Below are positions 1 to 11,335 of a DNA stretch of 64,000 bases, in pieces. The notes under the pieces were generated by a model that searched no databases, was not told where the DNA came from, and saw only the letters and a program-made list of their open reading frames with translations. The translations under genes were made by a program, and so were the position numbers. Source of the stretch: Bacteroidaceae bacterium (lineage in GTDB: Bacteria; Bacteroidota; Bacteroidia; Bacteroidales; Bacteroidaceae); NCBI GenBank assembly GCA_017958545.1, contig JAGDCM010000088.1:1249-65248 (forward strand), in the 5' to 3' direction. Positions within the stretch are counted from its first letter, which is position 1, and each line of letters starts with the position of its first letter.

Positions 1-1173
1 ACACTGTCCTCGTGCGCTCATCCTTCGCTCTCTCCCGACGGCAAATGGCTGTATTTCACGAGCGATATGCCGGGCGGCGTGGGAGGCTACGATATATGGC
101 GCGTGGAGATTGATGCTCATGGAATGGGAATCGTGGAGAATCTGGGAGCCTCAATCAATACGGAGGGCGACGAGATGTATCCGACGATGCGCCCGAACGG
201 TGAACTGTATTTCTCCTCGGACGGACATCCCGGTATGGGAGGACTCGATATCTTCGTTGCCAAGCAGGATACCACAGGCGCGTGGGAGGTGAAGAACCTG
301 AAGTATCCCATGAACTCCGTCGGCGACGACTTCGGTATGACCTTCGAGGGCCTGCACAACAGAGGTTTCTTCTCGACCAACAGAGGCGACGGAAGAGGCT
401 GGGACAAGGTGTGGAGCTTCTACTGCCCGGAGGTGGTGCAGATGGTGAAGGGATGGGTGTATGAGAAGGACGGATACGAACTGCCCGAAGGCGTGGTGTA
501 TATGGTGGGAAACGACGGCACCAACCTGAAGATATCGGTAAGGGGCGACGGCAGTTTTGAGCACGAAGTGAAGCCGCATGTGGATTATGTCTTCCTGGGC
601 ACCTGCAAGGGATTCCTCAACCACAAGGAGGAACTCTCTGTAGATACCACCAGCGTCTCGAAGCAGTATGTGCTGCAGTTCCCCCTGGCGAACATCAACG
701 CTCCCGTGCTGGTGAGAAACGTGTTCTACGAATTCGACAGCGCAGCTCTCACGGAATCCAGTACGCAGGCTCTTGACTCGCTTGTGACGCTGCTCACGGA
801 GAACTCCAACGTCACCATCGAACTGTCCTCGCATTGCGACTTCCGAGGTGCCGACGACTATAATGAGCGTCTCTCACAGCGCCGTGCGGAGAGTGTGGTG
901 AACTATCTCATCGCTCACGGCATCGCAGCAGACCGCCTCACTCCGAAGGGTTACGGTGAGAGTCGTCCGAAGGTGGTCACCCGCAAAATAGCAGAGCGTA
1001 CCCCCTTCTTGCACGAAGGCGATACGCTCACAGAACGTTTTATCCTTTCACTCGACAGCGAAGAGAAGCAGGAAGCCTGTCACGCCTTGAACAGACGCAC
1101 GGAATTCAGAGTGCTGCGCACCACCTACGGTCTCTTCGGAACGAAGAAAAAGGAAGACGAGAAGAAGGATTAA
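1..1173 (+). CDS. OmpA-family protein with TolB-like (PD40) repeats; N-terminus cut by the window edge
   Basis: Frame 1 is open from nt 1: [22 protein letters not shown] precedes the first Met of ORF 67..1173. PD40-like motifs DG.LYF(T/S)SD recur. C-terminal OmpA_C motif NVFYEFDSA...[26 protein letters not shown]. Confidence 0.8.
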   Translation, partial: TLSSCAHPSLSPDGKWLYFTSDMPGGVGGYDIWRVEIDAHGMGIVENLGASINTEGDEMYPTMRPNGELYFSSDGHPGMGGLDIFVAKQDTTGAWEVKNLKYPMNSVGDDFGMTFEGLHNRGFFSTNRGDGRGWDKVWSFYCPEVVQMVKGWVYEKDGYELPEGVVYMVGNDGTNLKISVRGDGSFEHEVKPHVDYVFLGTCKGFLNHKEELSVDTTSVSKQYVLQFPLANINAPVLVRNVFYEFDSAALTESSTQALDSLVTLLTENSNVTIELSSHCDFRGADDYNERLSQRRAESVVNYLIAHGIAADRLTPKGYGESRPKVVTRKIAERTPFLHEGDTLTERFILSLDSEEKQEACHALNRRTEFRVLRTTYGLFGTKKKEDEKKD

Positions 1174-1325
1174 GCCTCAGAGAACTGATCCTTGCCCACG
1201 CCGCAGAGGGGGCACTCGAAATCTTCGGGGAGGTCGCTGAACTTTGTGCCGGGCTCAATGCCGCCTTCAGGATAGCCGACTTCTTCGTCATACTCCCAAC
1301 CGCATACTTCACATACGTACTTCAT
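1170..1325 (-). CDS. Rubredoxin (51 aa), absent from the supplied ORF track because it is under 60 aa
   Basis: Hand translation of the minus strand gives [51 protein letters not shown]. It has the canonical CxxCG...CPxCG knuckles and the conserved W, Y and F of rubredoxins. ATG at 1325, TAA at 1172..1170. Confidence 0.85.
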   Translation of the reverse strand: MKYVCEVCGWEYDEEVGYPEGGIEPGTKFSDLPEDFECPLCGVGKDQFSEA

Positions 1326-1363
1326 AGTGTTTCTTTTTGTTTAAGGTTAATAATATTGTTATT

Positions 1364-3070
1364 TTATAAGGTACAGAGGAGAAGGATTATGAGCTGCGCC
1401 GTGAGGATGCGCAGGAACATAGCCAGAGGATATACCGTAGAATAACCCACAGCAGGAGCATCGTTGCCGGCTGTCTGATTGGCAAAAGCAAGTGCTGGGG
1501 GATCGGTGTTGCTGCCGGCGATGAGACCCATAAGGGTGAAGTAGTTGAGCTTGAACTTCAAACGGGCGATGAGGCCCATGATGAGGATGGGCAGCGTGGT
1601 TATGATGAATCCGCACCACACGTATGTTAGACCGTCGCCTTCTACTACAGTATCGACAAATGATGCACCCGCCTTGATGCCCACAGAGGCAAGGAAGAGA
1701 GCAAGTCCCATCTCACGCAGCATGAGGTTGGCCGATGTGGTGGTGTAAGCCACCAGTTTCAGGCGATAACCGTAGGCACCGATGAGAATAGCTATGATGA
1801 GCGGACCGCCTGCCAGACCGAGTTTCACGGGGGTAGGTACGCCGGGCAGAGCCAAAGGAATGCTGCCGAAGATGATACCCACGAGGATGCCGATGAAGAT
1901 GGCTGTGAGGTTGGGGTGGTCGAGCTTTTTGGCTGTGTTGCCGAGTTTGTTTGCCACACGATCAACAGCATCCTCAGGACCTACAACTACGAGACGGTCG
2001 CCAATCTGCAGGCGCAGGTTGAGGTCGGCAAAGAGGTTGAGGTCGCCGCGACGGATGCGGGTCACATTAACGCCGTAGATGGATGAGAAATGCATTTCAC
2101 CCACGGTCTTGCCGTTGATGTTGGGCTGGGTGAGCAATATGTGCTTGGACACAAAGTTGACACTCTGCTCCTCCCACATGAAGTTCTTGTCCTCCACGCC
2201 GATGAATGCGATGATGGCTTCCACGTCATCCTGGGCGCTGTTCATGTAGAGCTTGTCGCCCTGATGCACGATGGTATCCTTGCGGGGAATGCTTATCTCG
2301 CCGTCGTGCCAGATACGGCTCACAACGAAGTTGCGTCCGAGGAACTCGCGTATCTGTAGGATGCTCTTACCCATGAGGGCAGCGTTGGTGGCTGTTATAG
2401 TGGTCTTGTGAGGAATGGCGTGAGGATTGGCTGAGCGCTCGTTCTCAATCTGCTTCTGCTCTTTCTGGAGAGAAATGCGGCAGATGTAGCGCAAGACAAT
2501 GGTGGAGAGGATGATACCTACGACACCGAGAGGATAGGCGCAGGCATAGCCGTTGGCAATGGCAGGTGCATCGCTTCCGAATACCTGTCCGCAAGCTTCT
2601 GTGGCAGCACCGAGGCCGGGCGTGTTGGTGATGGCTCCGCAGAGCACACCAACCATCATGGCAAGCTGCTTGGCCGTTTCTCCGGTAATGGCTCCTCCGC
2701 GATAGAATACGAGGAAGAAAAGACCTATACAGCAGATAACGTTGAGCAGGACAATGCCGACGGCGATGAGGTTCATCGCTATACCGCCTTTCTTAAACGA
2801 TTCCACAAAACCTGGTCCCACCTGCAGACCGATGCAATAGACGAAGAGTATGAGTCCGAAATCCTGAATGAAGGTGAGGGTGGAGGTTGTGCCGGTGAGA
2901 CCGAAATGGCCTGCCAGAATGCCGGCAAAGAGCACAAAGGTGACACCCAGCGAAATGCCGGCGACTTTTAGACGCCCCAGATAGAGACCCACGCTGATGA
3001 CAAGGGCGTATAGCAGGATGATATGTCCCACAGAGTCTGTTGCCGTAATAAGATTAGATAGCCATTCCAT
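1364..3070 (-). CDS. YidE/YbjL-type putative transporter (AAE family) with central TrkA-C/RCK_C domains
   Basis: 568-aa ORF with ATG start. Polytopic hydrophobic N and C halves flank a soluble region (ISIPRKDTIVHQGDKLYM ... LQIGDRLVVVGPEDAV) typical of duplicated RCK_C domains. Confidence 0.7.
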   Translation of the reverse strand: MEWLSNLITATDSVGHIILLYALVISVGLYLGRLKVAGISLGVTFVLFAGILAGHFGLTGTTSTLTFIQDFGLILFVYCIGLQVGPGFVESFKKGGIAMNLIAVGIVLLNVICCIGLFFLVFYRGGAITGETAKQLAMMVGVLCGAITNTPGLGAATEACGQVFGSDAPAIANGYACAYPLGVVGIILSTIVLRYICRISLQKEQKQIENERSANPHAIPHKTTITATNAALMGKSILQIREFLGRNFVVSRIWHDGEISIPRKDTIVHQGDKLYMNSAQDDVEAIIAFIGVEDKNFMWEEQSVNFVSKHILLTQPNINGKTVGEMHFSSIYGVNVTRIRRGDLNLFADLNLRLQIGDRLVVVGPEDAVDRVANKLGNTAKKLDHPNLTAIFIGILVGIIFGSIPLALPGVPTPVKLGLAGGPLIIAILIGAYGYRLKLVAYTTTSANLMLREMGLALFLASVGIKAGASFVDTVVEGDGLTYVWCGFIITTLPILIMGLIARLKFKLNYFTLMGLIAGSNTDPPALAFANQTAGNDAPAVGYSTVYPLAMFLRILTAQLIILLLCTL

Positions 3071-3248
3071 ATTTGAGGATAGAAATTAGAATTCTTTAGG
3101 TTGTTTTATACCGTTTTTTGTCAAAAATCCGTAGCAAATTTAGGAAAAAGAATGCACACGCGCTATGTTGAGGGAAAGAAAAATGGGAAAAACATGAAAA
3201 ATACTTAATAAATAATGTAGAGAGGGCGGATAAGTGGTAAAAAAGACG

Positions 3249-3256
3249 TATCTTTG
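3249..3256 (+). promoter_or_regulatory. Bacteroidota -7 promoter box TATCTTTG upstream of mutA
   Basis: Matches the TAnnTTTG consensus 43 nt upstream of the mutA ATG, in an AT-rich intergenic region. Confidence 0.45.
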
Positions 3257-3298
3257 TGGGGAAGAATACTCATAAAAGTGTAAAGTATATCATTAATT

Positions 3299-5149
3299 AT
3301 GGCAGAAAGTAAAGAAAAACTCTTTTCTGATTTTACTGCGCCGTCACGTCAGGAGTGGCGTGATAAGATTGAGGTAGACCTCAAGGGAGCAGATTATCAG
3401 AAAAAAATGGTGTGGCGAACCAATGAAGGTTTCTCCATGGAACCGTTCTATCTCAAGGAGGATGTGGACAAGCTGGCCACAGTGAATGCCTTGCCGGGAG
3501 AGTTTCCCTATGTGCGCGGCAACAAGAAGGCCGACAACGCATGGTATGTGCGTCAGGACATTATGTGCGACTGTCCCAAGGAAGCCAACAAGAAAGCGCT
3601 CGACATCATGGAGCGTGGCGTTGACTCTCTGGGATTCACAATTCCTGCCGACAAGTTGAGTGCCGACTATATCGACACCTTGCTTGACGGTATATACTGC
3701 GACTGTGTGGAGCTGAATTTCCGCACATGTCAGCGTCACTGCCTGGAGCTGGCACAGATACTTACAGCATTTTTCAGGAAGAAGGGTTACGAGCCCGCCC
3801 GTATTTGCGGCAGCATCAGTTTCGACCCCATCGAGAAGATTGTGATGAAGGGTAAGGACGTGAGCCCCGTGCTTGCCGTCGCTCCCGAAATGGTGGCAGC
3901 CCTCAAGGAGTATCCCAACTTCCGCGCCGTCACGGTGAATGCCTACAAACTCACGGATGCCGGTGCTTACAGCTATCAGGATCTGGGTTACGCCCTTGCA
4001 TGGGGTAATGAGTATATGTCCCTGCTCACGGAAGCCGGTGTGTCGGCCGAGGAAGCAGCAAACAGCATCAAGTTTAATATAGGCATCAACGGCGTCTATT
4101 TCATGGAGATTGCCAAACTGCGTGCAGCCCGTATGCTGTGGGCTCAGATTGTGAGTCAGTACACCGGCGACAAGGAGGCTTGCAAGATGCACGTATGCGC
4201 CTACACTACGACATACAACCAGACGATTTTTGACTCATACGTGAATATGCTGCGCTCGCAGACAGAGACGATGTCTGCTGCTCTGGGCGGTGTGGAGAGT
4301 ATTGTTGTAGTGCCGTTCGATGCTCCCTATGAAGTGCCTACGGACTTTGCAGAGCGTATCGCCCGCAACCAGCAGCTGCTGCTGAAGGACGAGTGTCATT
4401 TCGACCGTATGGTGGACGTAGCTGGCGGTTCCTACTTTATTGAGGAACTCACGAAAGCTCTTGCCGAGCAGGCATGGAAACTCTTCCTCTCCGTAGAAGA
4501 GGAGGGAGGCTTCCTTGCGGCAGCCAAGGCCGGTGCGGTGCAGAAAGTAATCAACGACACAAATGCCGCGCGCCACGCCAACGCAGGCAAGCGTAAGGAG
4601 TTCCTGTTGGGCACCAACCAGTTCCCCAACTTCACGGAAAAGAGCGAGGGCAAGCAGCCCGTTGGAGGATGTGCCAAGTGCTGCGGTAATGCTGAAGCAG
4701 AAGGTCAGGGCATACAGTCCACACGTCTGGCATCTGACTTTGAGACATTGCGTCTCACCACAGAGAAAGCAAAGAAAGTGCCCGTCGCCTTCATGCTCAC
4801 CATCGGCAATCTGGCAATGCGTCAGGCCCGTGCACAGTTCTCATGCAATTTCCTTGCAGCCGCCGGTTACCAGGTGATAGACAACCTCGGTTTCAAGACT
4901 GTTGAGGAGGGTGTTGATGCTGCTTTGAACGCTGGTGCCGATATCGTGGTGATTTGCTCAAGCGATGATGAATACGCAGAGTATGCTGTGCCTGCATTCA
5001 AGTATCTGAACGGTCGTGCTATGTTTGTTGTGGCCGGTGCTCCGGCATGCATGGAGGACCTGCAGAAAGAAGGCATTGAGAACTATATTCACGTGAGAGT
5101 CGACCAGTTGAAGACCCTCAAGGAGTACAATCAAAAACTCGGTATCTAA
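3299..5149 (+). CDS. mutA: Methylmalonyl-CoA mutase small (beta) subunit
   Basis: 616-aa ORF ending 2 nt before the large-subunit gene. Mutase-fold similarity ([21 protein letters not shown]) with a C-terminal B12-domain-like segment. Confidence 0.85.
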   Translation: MAESKEKLFSDFTAPSRQEWRDKIEVDLKGADYQKKMVWRTNEGFSMEPFYLKEDVDKLATVNALPGEFPYVRGNKKADNAWYVRQDIMCDCPKEANKKALDIMERGVDSLGFTIPADKLSADYIDTLLDGIYCDCVELNFRTCQRHCLELAQILTAFFRKKGYEPARICGSISFDPIEKIVMKGKDVSPVLAVAPEMVAALKEYPNFRAVTVNAYKLTDAGAYSYQDLGYALAWGNEYMSLLTEAGVSAEEAANSIKFNIGINGVYFMEIAKLRAARMLWAQIVSQYTGDKEACKMHVCAYTTTYNQTIFDSYVNMLRSQTETMSAALGGVESIVVVPFDAPYEVPTDFAERIARNQQLLLKDECHFDRMVDVAGGSYFIEELTKALAEQAWKLFLSVEEEGGFLAAAKAGAVQKVINDTNAARHANAGKRKEFLLGTNQFPNFTEKSEGKQPVGGCAKCCGNAEAEGQGIQSTRLASDFETLRLTTEKAKKVPVAFMLTIGNLAMRQARAQFSCNFLAAAGYQVIDNLGFKTVEEGVDAALNAGADIVVICSSDDEYAEYAVPAFKYLNGRAMFVVAGAPACMEDLQKEGIENYIHVRVDQLKTLKEYNQKLGI

Positions 5150-5151
5150 CT

Positions 5152-7320
5152 ATGGCACGTAAATCATTCAATAATATCGATATCTTCTCTGGTATCGAGG
5201 CCAAGAACGGCCTGGAGTGGCAGAAAGAGAACAATATCACAGCAAACTGGAAAACTGCCGAGCAGATTGATATCCAGCCCGTTTACACAAAAGAGGACCT
5301 TGAAGGTATGGAGCACCTCGACTTTGCAGCCGGTATTCCTCCTTTCCTTCGCGGCCCCTACAGTATGATGTATCCCTTCCGTCCGTGGACAATCCGCCAG
5401 TATGCCGGATTCTCTACGGCTGAGGAATCCAATGCTTTCTATCGCCGCAACCTTGCCAGCGGTCAGAAGGGTCTTTCCGTTGCCTTCGATCTGCCTACGC
5501 ATCGCGGTTACGACCCCGATAATCAGCGTGTTGTGGGTGATGTGGGTAAGGCTGGTGTGAGCATCTGTTCGCTGGAGAACATGAAGGTGCTCTTCGCCGG
5601 TATCCCCCTGAACAAGATGTCCGTCTCCATGACGATGAACGGAGCGGTGCTTCCCATCCTTGCTTTCTATATCAATGCGGGATTGGAGCAGGGCGCACAG
5701 CTCGAGGAGATGGCCGGTACGATTCAGAACGATATCCTCAAGGAATTCATGGTGCGTAACACCTATATCTATCCGCCAGCATTCTCAATGAAGATTATCG
5801 CAGACATCTTTGAGTTCACGTCACAGAAGATGCCTAAGTTCAACTCTATCTCCATCTCCGGCTACCATATGCAGGAAGCCGGTGCTACGGCCGATATCGA
5901 GCTGGCTTACACTTTGGCCGACGGTATGGATTATCTGCGTGCCGGTATCAACGCCGGTATTGATGTGGATGCGTTTGCTCCCCGTCTGTCCTTCTTCTGG
6001 GCTATCGGTGTAAACCACTTTATGGAGATTGCCAAGATGCGTGCAGGACGTCTGCTGTGGGCCAAGATTGTTAAGAGTTTCGGCGCGAAGAATCCCAAGA
6101 GTATGGCTCTGCGTACCCACTCTCAGACTTCCGGTTGGTCGCTCACGGAGCAGGATCCGTTTAATAACGTAGGTCGTACCTGTATCGAGGCTATGGCTGC
6201 AGTGCTGGGTCACACTCAGAGTCTGCACACCAACGCCCTTGATGAGGCTATCGCTCTGCCGACAGACTTCAGTGCACGTATTGCCCGTAACACTCAGATT
6301 TATATTCAGAACGAGACACAGGTATGTAAGCATATCGACCCATGGGCAGGTTCCTATTACGTGGAGAAACTGACTCAGGAACTCTATGAGAAGGCTTGGG
6401 CTCACATTCAGGAGATTGAAAAACTGGGTGGTATGGCGAAGGCTATCGAGACAGGTCTGCCCAAGATGCGTATCGAGGAGGCTGCAGCCCGCACTCAGGC
6501 ACGTATCGACAGCGGTACGCAGACCATCGTGGGTGTCAACCGCTACCGTCTCGACCACGAGGATCCCATTGATATCCTTGAAATCGACAATACGGCGGTG
6601 CGTAAGCAGCAGGAAGAGTCTCTCGCTCAGTTGAGGGCCAACCGTGACGAGGCTCAGGTGAAGGCTGACCTGGAAGCTATCACAAAGTGCGTACAGGAAT
6701 TCCAGGATGGCAAGAAGTCAGAGAACAACCTGCTTGACCTTGCTGTGAAGGCTGCCGGTCACAGGGCTACCCTTGGAGAGATTTCCGATGCCTGCGAAGC
6801 TGTCGTGGGACGTTATAAAGCTATTATTAGAACTATTTCAGGCGTGTATAGTAGTGAAGCAAAGAATGACGACCTCTTCAAGAGGGCCTGTCAGATGACT
6901 GATGAGTTTGCAAAGAAGGAGGGCCGTCGTCCTCGTATCATGGTAGCCAAGATGGGTCAGGACGGCCACGATCGTGGTGCCAAGGTGGTTGCTACCGGTT
7001 ATGCCGACTGCGGCTTTGACGTAGATATGGGACCCTTGTTCCAGACACCCGAGGAAGCTGCACGTGAGGCAGTTGAGAACGATGTACACATCGTGGGTGC
7101 TTCTTCCCTCGCAGCTGGTCATAAGACACTTATCCCTCAGCTTATCGAGGAACTGAAGAAACTTGGTCGTGAGGATATTATGGTGACAGCAGGAGGTGTG
7201 ATCCCGGCTCAGGACTACGATTTCCTCTACAAGGCCGGTGTGGCTTGCATATTCGGTCCCGGCACTCCCGTTGCTTATTCTGCTGTTGAGATGATGAAGA
7301 TTCTCCTTGGTCACGATTAA
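5152..7320 (+). CDS. mutB: Methylmalonyl-CoA mutase large (alpha) subunit
   Basis: 722 aa. Motifs [36 protein letters not shown], and the C-terminal B12-binding [13 protein letters not shown]. Confidence 0.95.
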   Translation: MARKSFNNIDIFSGIEAKNGLEWQKENNITANWKTAEQIDIQPVYTKEDLEGMEHLDFAAGIPPFLRGPYSMMYPFRPWTIRQYAGFSTAEESNAFYRRNLASGQKGLSVAFDLPTHRGYDPDNQRVVGDVGKAGVSICSLENMKVLFAGIPLNKMSVSMTMNGAVLPILAFYINAGLEQGAQLEEMAGTIQNDILKEFMVRNTYIYPPAFSMKIIADIFEFTSQKMPKFNSISISGYHMQEAGATADIELAYTLADGMDYLRAGINAGIDVDAFAPRLSFFWAIGVNHFMEIAKMRAGRLLWAKIVKSFGAKNPKSMALRTHSQTSGWSLTEQDPFNNVGRTCIEAMAAVLGHTQSLHTNALDEAIALPTDFSARIARNTQIYIQNETQVCKHIDPWAGSYYVEKLTQELYEKAWAHIQEIEKLGGMAKAIETGLPKMRIEEAAARTQARIDSGTQTIVGVNRYRLDHEDPIDILEIDNTAVRKQQEESLAQLRANRDEAQVKADLEAITKCVQEFQDGKKSENNLLDLAVKAAGHRATLGEISDACEAVVGRYKAIIRTISGVYSSEAKNDDLFKRACQMTDEFAKKEGRRPRIMVAKMGQDGHDRGAKVVATGYADCGFDVDMGPLFQTPEEAAREAVENDVHIVGASSLAAGHKTLIPQLIEELKKLGREDIMVTAGGVIPAQDYDFLYKAGVACIFGPGTPVAYSAVEMMKILLGHD

Positions 7321-7347
7321 ATCCCGGGAGATGATGTAAAATAGAGT

Positions 7348-7387
7348 GGGGCGGAGCACAAGATAGATGTGTCTTCGCCCCCTTTTT
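7348..7387 (+). terminator. Rho-independent terminator after mutB
   Basis: GGGGCGGAGCACA / TGTGTCTTCGCCCC stem with one G.U pair, followed by a T5 run. Confidence 0.7.
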
Positions 7388-7397
7388 ATATGCGGTA

Positions 7398-8363
7398 ATG
7401 CGTTTGCGCGGTATTCTTTCTCTGATATGTATGCTTCTTGTTCTCTCGTTGACAGCGGAGAGGCGTTTCCTGTGCGGATGCTATAATGTGGAGAATCTCT
7501 TTGATACAATCCACGATGAGGGAAAGAACGACTACGAGTTCCTGCCGGATGCATCGCGTCAATGGAACACATATCGCTATTGGCGCAAACTCCATCATAT
7601 AGCTAAGGTCATTGCGGCGATGTCTGAAGACTACGGGCCTCCGCTATTCCTCGGACTTTGTGAAGTGGAGAACGACTCCTGTCTTCGTGACCTTACACGT
7701 CGCAGCGAATTGCGTCAGATGGATTACGATTATCTCATTACAGAGGGTCCCGATGCCCGTGGAGTAGAGACTGCATTACTTTATCAGTCTCTGTTCTTCC
7801 GTGTGGTGGAACATCGCGGAGTGCGTATACCGTCTGTAGAACACGGTTATCGTCCCACACGCGATATACTTTATGTAAAAGGTGTTCTATATACAGGAGA
7901 TACGCTGCATTTGGCGGTGGTTCATTTCCCATCTCGTGCCAGATCTTCCTCTTCCAGTGCCGCAAACCGTATGCTCGCGGCCAATACGTTGCGTCATTTG
8001 GCAGATTCCTTGAGGAATGAAGCTTTCCTGGTTATGGGTGACTTTAATGCCGAACCTTCGGATGTGATTTTCCGCTCAGTGTTGCTTACTTCGGACTCTC
8101 CGTTAATATCTCTTGTCACACAAAACAAAAAGCGCCTCCGCAAAGCGGAAGGCACTTATGTGTTTCGTGGACAATGGGGATATCTCGACCATATTCTCAT
8201 CACTGCACCGATGAGGAAATGGATATCGGGAGAGGCTTTCCCTTTCAAGCGACCTTTTATGCTTACGGAAAAAGGAACTCCTTATCGCACATATTCAGGT
8301 CCTGCTTACAGAAGGGGGTATAGCGACCACTTGCCCATCGTAGTGGATATGGTTATACCTTGA
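7398..8363 (+). CDS. Endonuclease/exonuclease/phosphatase (EEP) family protein with signal peptide
   Basis: 321 aa with a hydrophobic N-terminus. EEP-like motifs YNVENLFD, LCEVEN, GDFNAEPSD, SDHLPIVVD. Confidence 0.7.
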   Translation: MRLRGILSLICMLLVLSLTAERRFLCGCYNVENLFDTIHDEGKNDYEFLPDASRQWNTYRYWRKLHHIAKVIAAMSEDYGPPLFLGLCEVENDSCLRDLTRRSELRQMDYDYLITEGPDARGVETALLYQSLFFRVVEHRGVRIPSVEHGYRPTRDILYVKGVLYTGDTLHLAVVHFPSRARSSSSSAANRMLAANTLRHLADSLRNEAFLVMGDFNAEPSDVIFRSVLLTSDSPLISLVTQNKKRLRKAEGTYVFRGQWGYLDHILITAPMRKWISGEAFPFKRPFMLTEKGTPYRTYSGPAYRRGYSDHLPIVVDMVIP

Positions 8364-8370
8364 GAAGTGT

Positions 8371-8745
8371 TTACATCATATCCATTGTGCGGCTTTTAAT
8401 CATTTCCGCGTCAGAAGGTGTGATGATTGTTATGTAAAGCACATCGGTGCGTCCTTCGAGCATTGCGAGATCTTCGGAACTGATGGTCAGTGTGTCGCCC
8501 TCGATTGAATATTTTACGTTCTTAACGGACAGACCGTCGGCACTTGCAAAACGTATAGCGTATTCCTCGCCCTGTGCAACGCGTACCTGAGCGGGCACGT
8601 TTACCTGTACCTTGTCAAAGCGTTTCACTCCCATGGCCTTACTCTTAGTTGTCTTGGCATTAATACCCATTGTGGCAAATATTGCAACGGCGATAATAAA
8701 CATCTTTTTCATAGCAGTATTTCTTTCGTTTTTTAAGTTCATTTT
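8371..8745 (-). CDS. Small secreted hypothetical protein
   Basis: ORF with signal peptide MKKMFIIAVAIFATMGINA. The first ATG after the TACCTTTG box (rc of 8771..8778) is at 8745; the alternative start is 8712. No family recognised. Confidence 0.5.
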   Translation of the reverse strand, partial: KMNLKNERNTAMKKMFIIAVAIFATMGINAKTTKSKAMGVKRFDKVQVNVPAQVRVAQGEEYAIRFASADGLSVKNVKYSIEGDTLTISSEDLAMLEGRTDVLYITIITPSDAEMIKSRTMDMM

Positions 8746-8888
8746 GTGTTGTCTTTTTGTTTTGACGATGCAAAGGTACGGCATTTCTTGTTGCCGTTTT
8801 GTGGCTTTTTTCCTATTCCTGTGGGGGAAATTCCTACTCTAACGAAAAAATAGATATCTCCCAAAGTCCTTTTCTCGCTATTTTTCAC

Positions 8889-8896
8889 TACCTTTG
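8889..8896 (+). promoter_or_regulatory. -7 box TACCTTTG five nt before the GH35 start codon (near-leaderless)
   Basis: TAnnTTTG match. The ATG at 8902 follows after TACCC. Confidence 0.45.
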
Positions 8897-8901
8897 TACC
8901 C

Positions 8902-11040
8902 ATGCAACGTATCTCCTTTATTTTATTCTTTGTGCTGCTCTTTATAACAAAGAGTGCTATGTGTGCGGACACATTCCGTTTTGGTGAGTATCGTAATCCC
9001 GAGGGTCACACTATAGAAGTTGATGCTCAGGGTCTTCTGATGGATGGACAACCCGTAATTCCCGTGATGGGAGAGATTCATTTCTCTCGTGTTCCAGAGT
9101 ATGAATGGCGGCGCGAGGTGCAGAAAATGAAGACGGGTGGTGTCACTATTATTGCCACGTATGTATTCTGGAATCACCATGAATACGAGGAGGGGCGTTG
9201 GGATTGGTCCGGTAACCGCAATCTGCGCAAGTTTATACAGATATGTAAAGAAGAGCAGATGCCAGTTGTCTTGCGCATCGGTCCTTTCTGTCATGGTGAA
9301 GTGTGGCAGGGCGGTTTTCCTGCTTGGCTCACCGATAAGGCTGCTTCTGATGAAAATTACAAGTTGCGCACAACAGCCGCAGGTTTCATGGAGGAGTCAC
9401 GTTTGCTATATGCGGCAATTGCCTCTCAGGTTAATGACCTTATCTGGCGTGAAGGCGGTCCAATCATCGGTGTGCAGATAGAAAACGAGAGCCGTGGTCC
9501 GTGGCCTTATTTGCAGGCTCTCAAGGATATTGCGGTCAAAGTGGGTTTTGATGTGCCGTTCTACACACGTACCGGTTGGCCCAAGCTTTCAGGACCGGAG
9601 ACATTCGGTGAACTGTTGCCTCTATACGGCGACTATGCAGACGGTTTCTGGGATCGTAGCATCCGTGAGATGCCGGGCGACTATCCCAAAGCATTTCTTT
9701 TCCGTCGTAGTCCTGTGGCTGCAACAATTGCCACAGAGACATTCTCTGCTTCTGAGATGCAAAGCGAGAATGCGGATGCCGGCGCAAAGGCATACCCTTA
9801 TCTTACATGCGAATTGGGTGGCGGTATGATGACATCATATCACCGTCGTATAAATATTTCCGGTCGTGAGGCTCTTCCTCTTGCTATCTGCAAACTGGGT
9901 AGCGGCAGTAATATGCTCGGCTACTATATGTATCATGGTGGCAGTAATCCTTGGAATCCCCAGCACACGATGGCAGAGACACAGGATTCGCCTGTTACCA
10001 ACTACAACGATCTCCCTCACATCTCCTATGACTTTCAGGCTCCTCTCGGAGAAATGGGGCAGCCTCAGGAAGTGAGTTTCCAGGAACTGCGTCTTTTGCA
10101 TCTATTCCTGCAGTCGTTTGGCGGTCTCCTTCGTGATATGCCTGTCGATACGCTTTCCGACCACTATGCTCGTCGTGGATGTTTTGTCTTCCGTAACGAC
10201 TATGTGCGTATTCTCAACGAGAAGGGGAAATCTTCTGTAACTATACAGCGTATGCCTTTCCAAGGTCACACGGTTTCTACTTCTACGGCGCAGCCGCTCA
10301 CAGCTCTTGGCAACCATCTTTATCTTGTGGAGATTCCCGGTGAGAATCCCTCTGTCAGCATTGATGGCGCTGCATCTACGTCGATGAAGTTTAATCAGGC
10401 TAAAAAGTTCAAGAATATAACAGTTACAGTATTGTCCCGCGAGCGAGCTTACCAGACTTATTTTGTGGATGGTCATCCGGTGACAGCTGACGGACTGGTT
10501 TACGACAACGGCAATGGTATGCGTGTGGAGCGATGGGTAGTACGTGGTTCATTCCTTCCAGATCCCCTTGCTCCCTATGAGGGAATTCGTGATGTTCCTA
10601 TGGGACCGCAGCAAGTATCTGCCCAGCCGCGTGAAAGTGATTTTGCAAAGGCTGCCCGTTGGAGCCTGTGGTCAAATATGGGTGGTGAAGGTGCTATCAG
10701 CCGTATGTTGTATGAAGAAATGCTCCGCCGTCCGGATTTTTATTATTTACGTGTTCATTATATTGGTGACTGCGCCCGTATGTGGGGTTCTTCAATCGGT
10801 GATGACGGTTTGAGCGGTGAGCGTTTGGTGCAGGATAATTTCTGGAACGGCAAGCCGATGTGGGTGCGTTTCTCCGATGTGTCAAAGACTGGCGAACTGC
10901 AGATATTGCCAGTAGAGAAACGTTTCCCCATTTACTTTCAGCGTGAGCAGCGTGCGATTCTCGATCCCTCCGGGGATGAGGGCTTATGTCGCATAGAAAG
11001 GATAGAGATTGTCGAACGACAGTCTAAGTCATTAAAGTAA
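8902..11040 (+). CDS. Glycoside hydrolase family 35 beta-galactosidase, secreted
   Basis: 712 aa with a signal peptide. GH35 N-terminal signature GEIHFSRVP..W....KMK.GG...I.TYVFWN.HE...G.W.W.G..NL.KF; GVQIENE catalytic region. Confidence 0.85.
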   Translation: MQRISFILFFVLLFITKSAMCADTFRFGEYRNPEGHTIEVDAQGLLMDGQPVIPVMGEIHFSRVPEYEWRREVQKMKTGGVTIIATYVFWNHHEYEEGRWDWSGNRNLRKFIQICKEEQMPVVLRIGPFCHGEVWQGGFPAWLTDKAASDENYKLRTTAAGFMEESRLLYAAIASQVNDLIWREGGPIIGVQIENESRGPWPYLQALKDIAVKVGFDVPFYTRTGWPKLSGPETFGELLPLYGDYADGFWDRSIREMPGDYPKAFLFRRSPVAATIATETFSASEMQSENADAGAKAYPYLTCELGGGMMTSYHRRINISGREALPLAICKLGSGSNMLGYYMYHGGSNPWNPQHTMAETQDSPVTNYNDLPHISYDFQAPLGEMGQPQEVSFQELRLLHLFLQSFGGLLRDMPVDTLSDHYARRGCFVFRNDYVRILNEKGKSSVTIQRMPFQGHTVSTSTAQPLTALGNHLYLVEIPGENPSVSIDGAASTSMKFNQAKKFKNITVTVLSRERAYQTYFVDGHPVTADGLVYDNGNGMRVERWVVRGSFLPDPLAPYEGIRDVPMGPQQVSAQPRESDFAKAARWSLWSNMGGEGAISRMLYEEMLRRPDFYYLRVHYIGDCARMWGSSIGDDGLSGERLVQDNFWNGKPMWVRFSDVSKTGELQILPVEKRFPIYFQREQRAILDPSGDEGLCRIERIEIVERQSKSLK

Positions 11041-11046
11041 ATAAAA

Positions 11047-11078
11047 ATTGGCGACTCGTTTGAGCGCCAATTTTATTT
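11047..11078. terminator. Bidirectional terminator between convergent genes
   Basis: ATTGGCG / CGCCAAT stem flanked by A5 on the left and TTTTATTT on the right. Confidence 0.6.
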
Positions 11079-11086
11079 GCTGTTTA

Positions 11087-11335
11087 TCAGAAATCGTGAC
11101 CGAGGGCTGTTTCTTTATTGCCAGTCTGTCGTTTCAGACCGCTTCGCTCAATGGCGTCGGTGCGCTCGTCCTGAGTCCATGAGTTCCATACTACAGTGCA
11201 CTCAGGATAGGGTTTGCCGGTGAGGAGTTCCTTATTGGCAATAGTTTGAGAGGAATACCATTTCTGATGCTCCACATTGCGTGTTTTGCAAGGATGTGGG
11301 CAGGAATTACATCTGTGATCGTTAATACAAGCCAT
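11087..11335 (-). CDS. Small Cys/His-rich hypothetical protein (82 aa)
   Basis: ATG-started ORF, last gene of the SPOR-FHA operon. N-terminal cluster C3-x5-C9-x2-C12-x-H14-x-C16. No family recognised. Confidence 0.45.
   Translation of the reverse strand: MACINDHRCNSCPHPCKTRNVEHQKWYSSQTIANKELLTGKPYPECTVVWNSWTQDERTDAIERSGLKRQTGNKETALGHDF

Noticed and set aside
3071-3298. Cobalamin riboswitch in the 228-nt gap upstream of the B12-dependent mutase genes.
   Set aside because: The region is AT-rich divergent promoter DNA. I found no B12-box-like GCCACTG core and no extended GC-rich helices.
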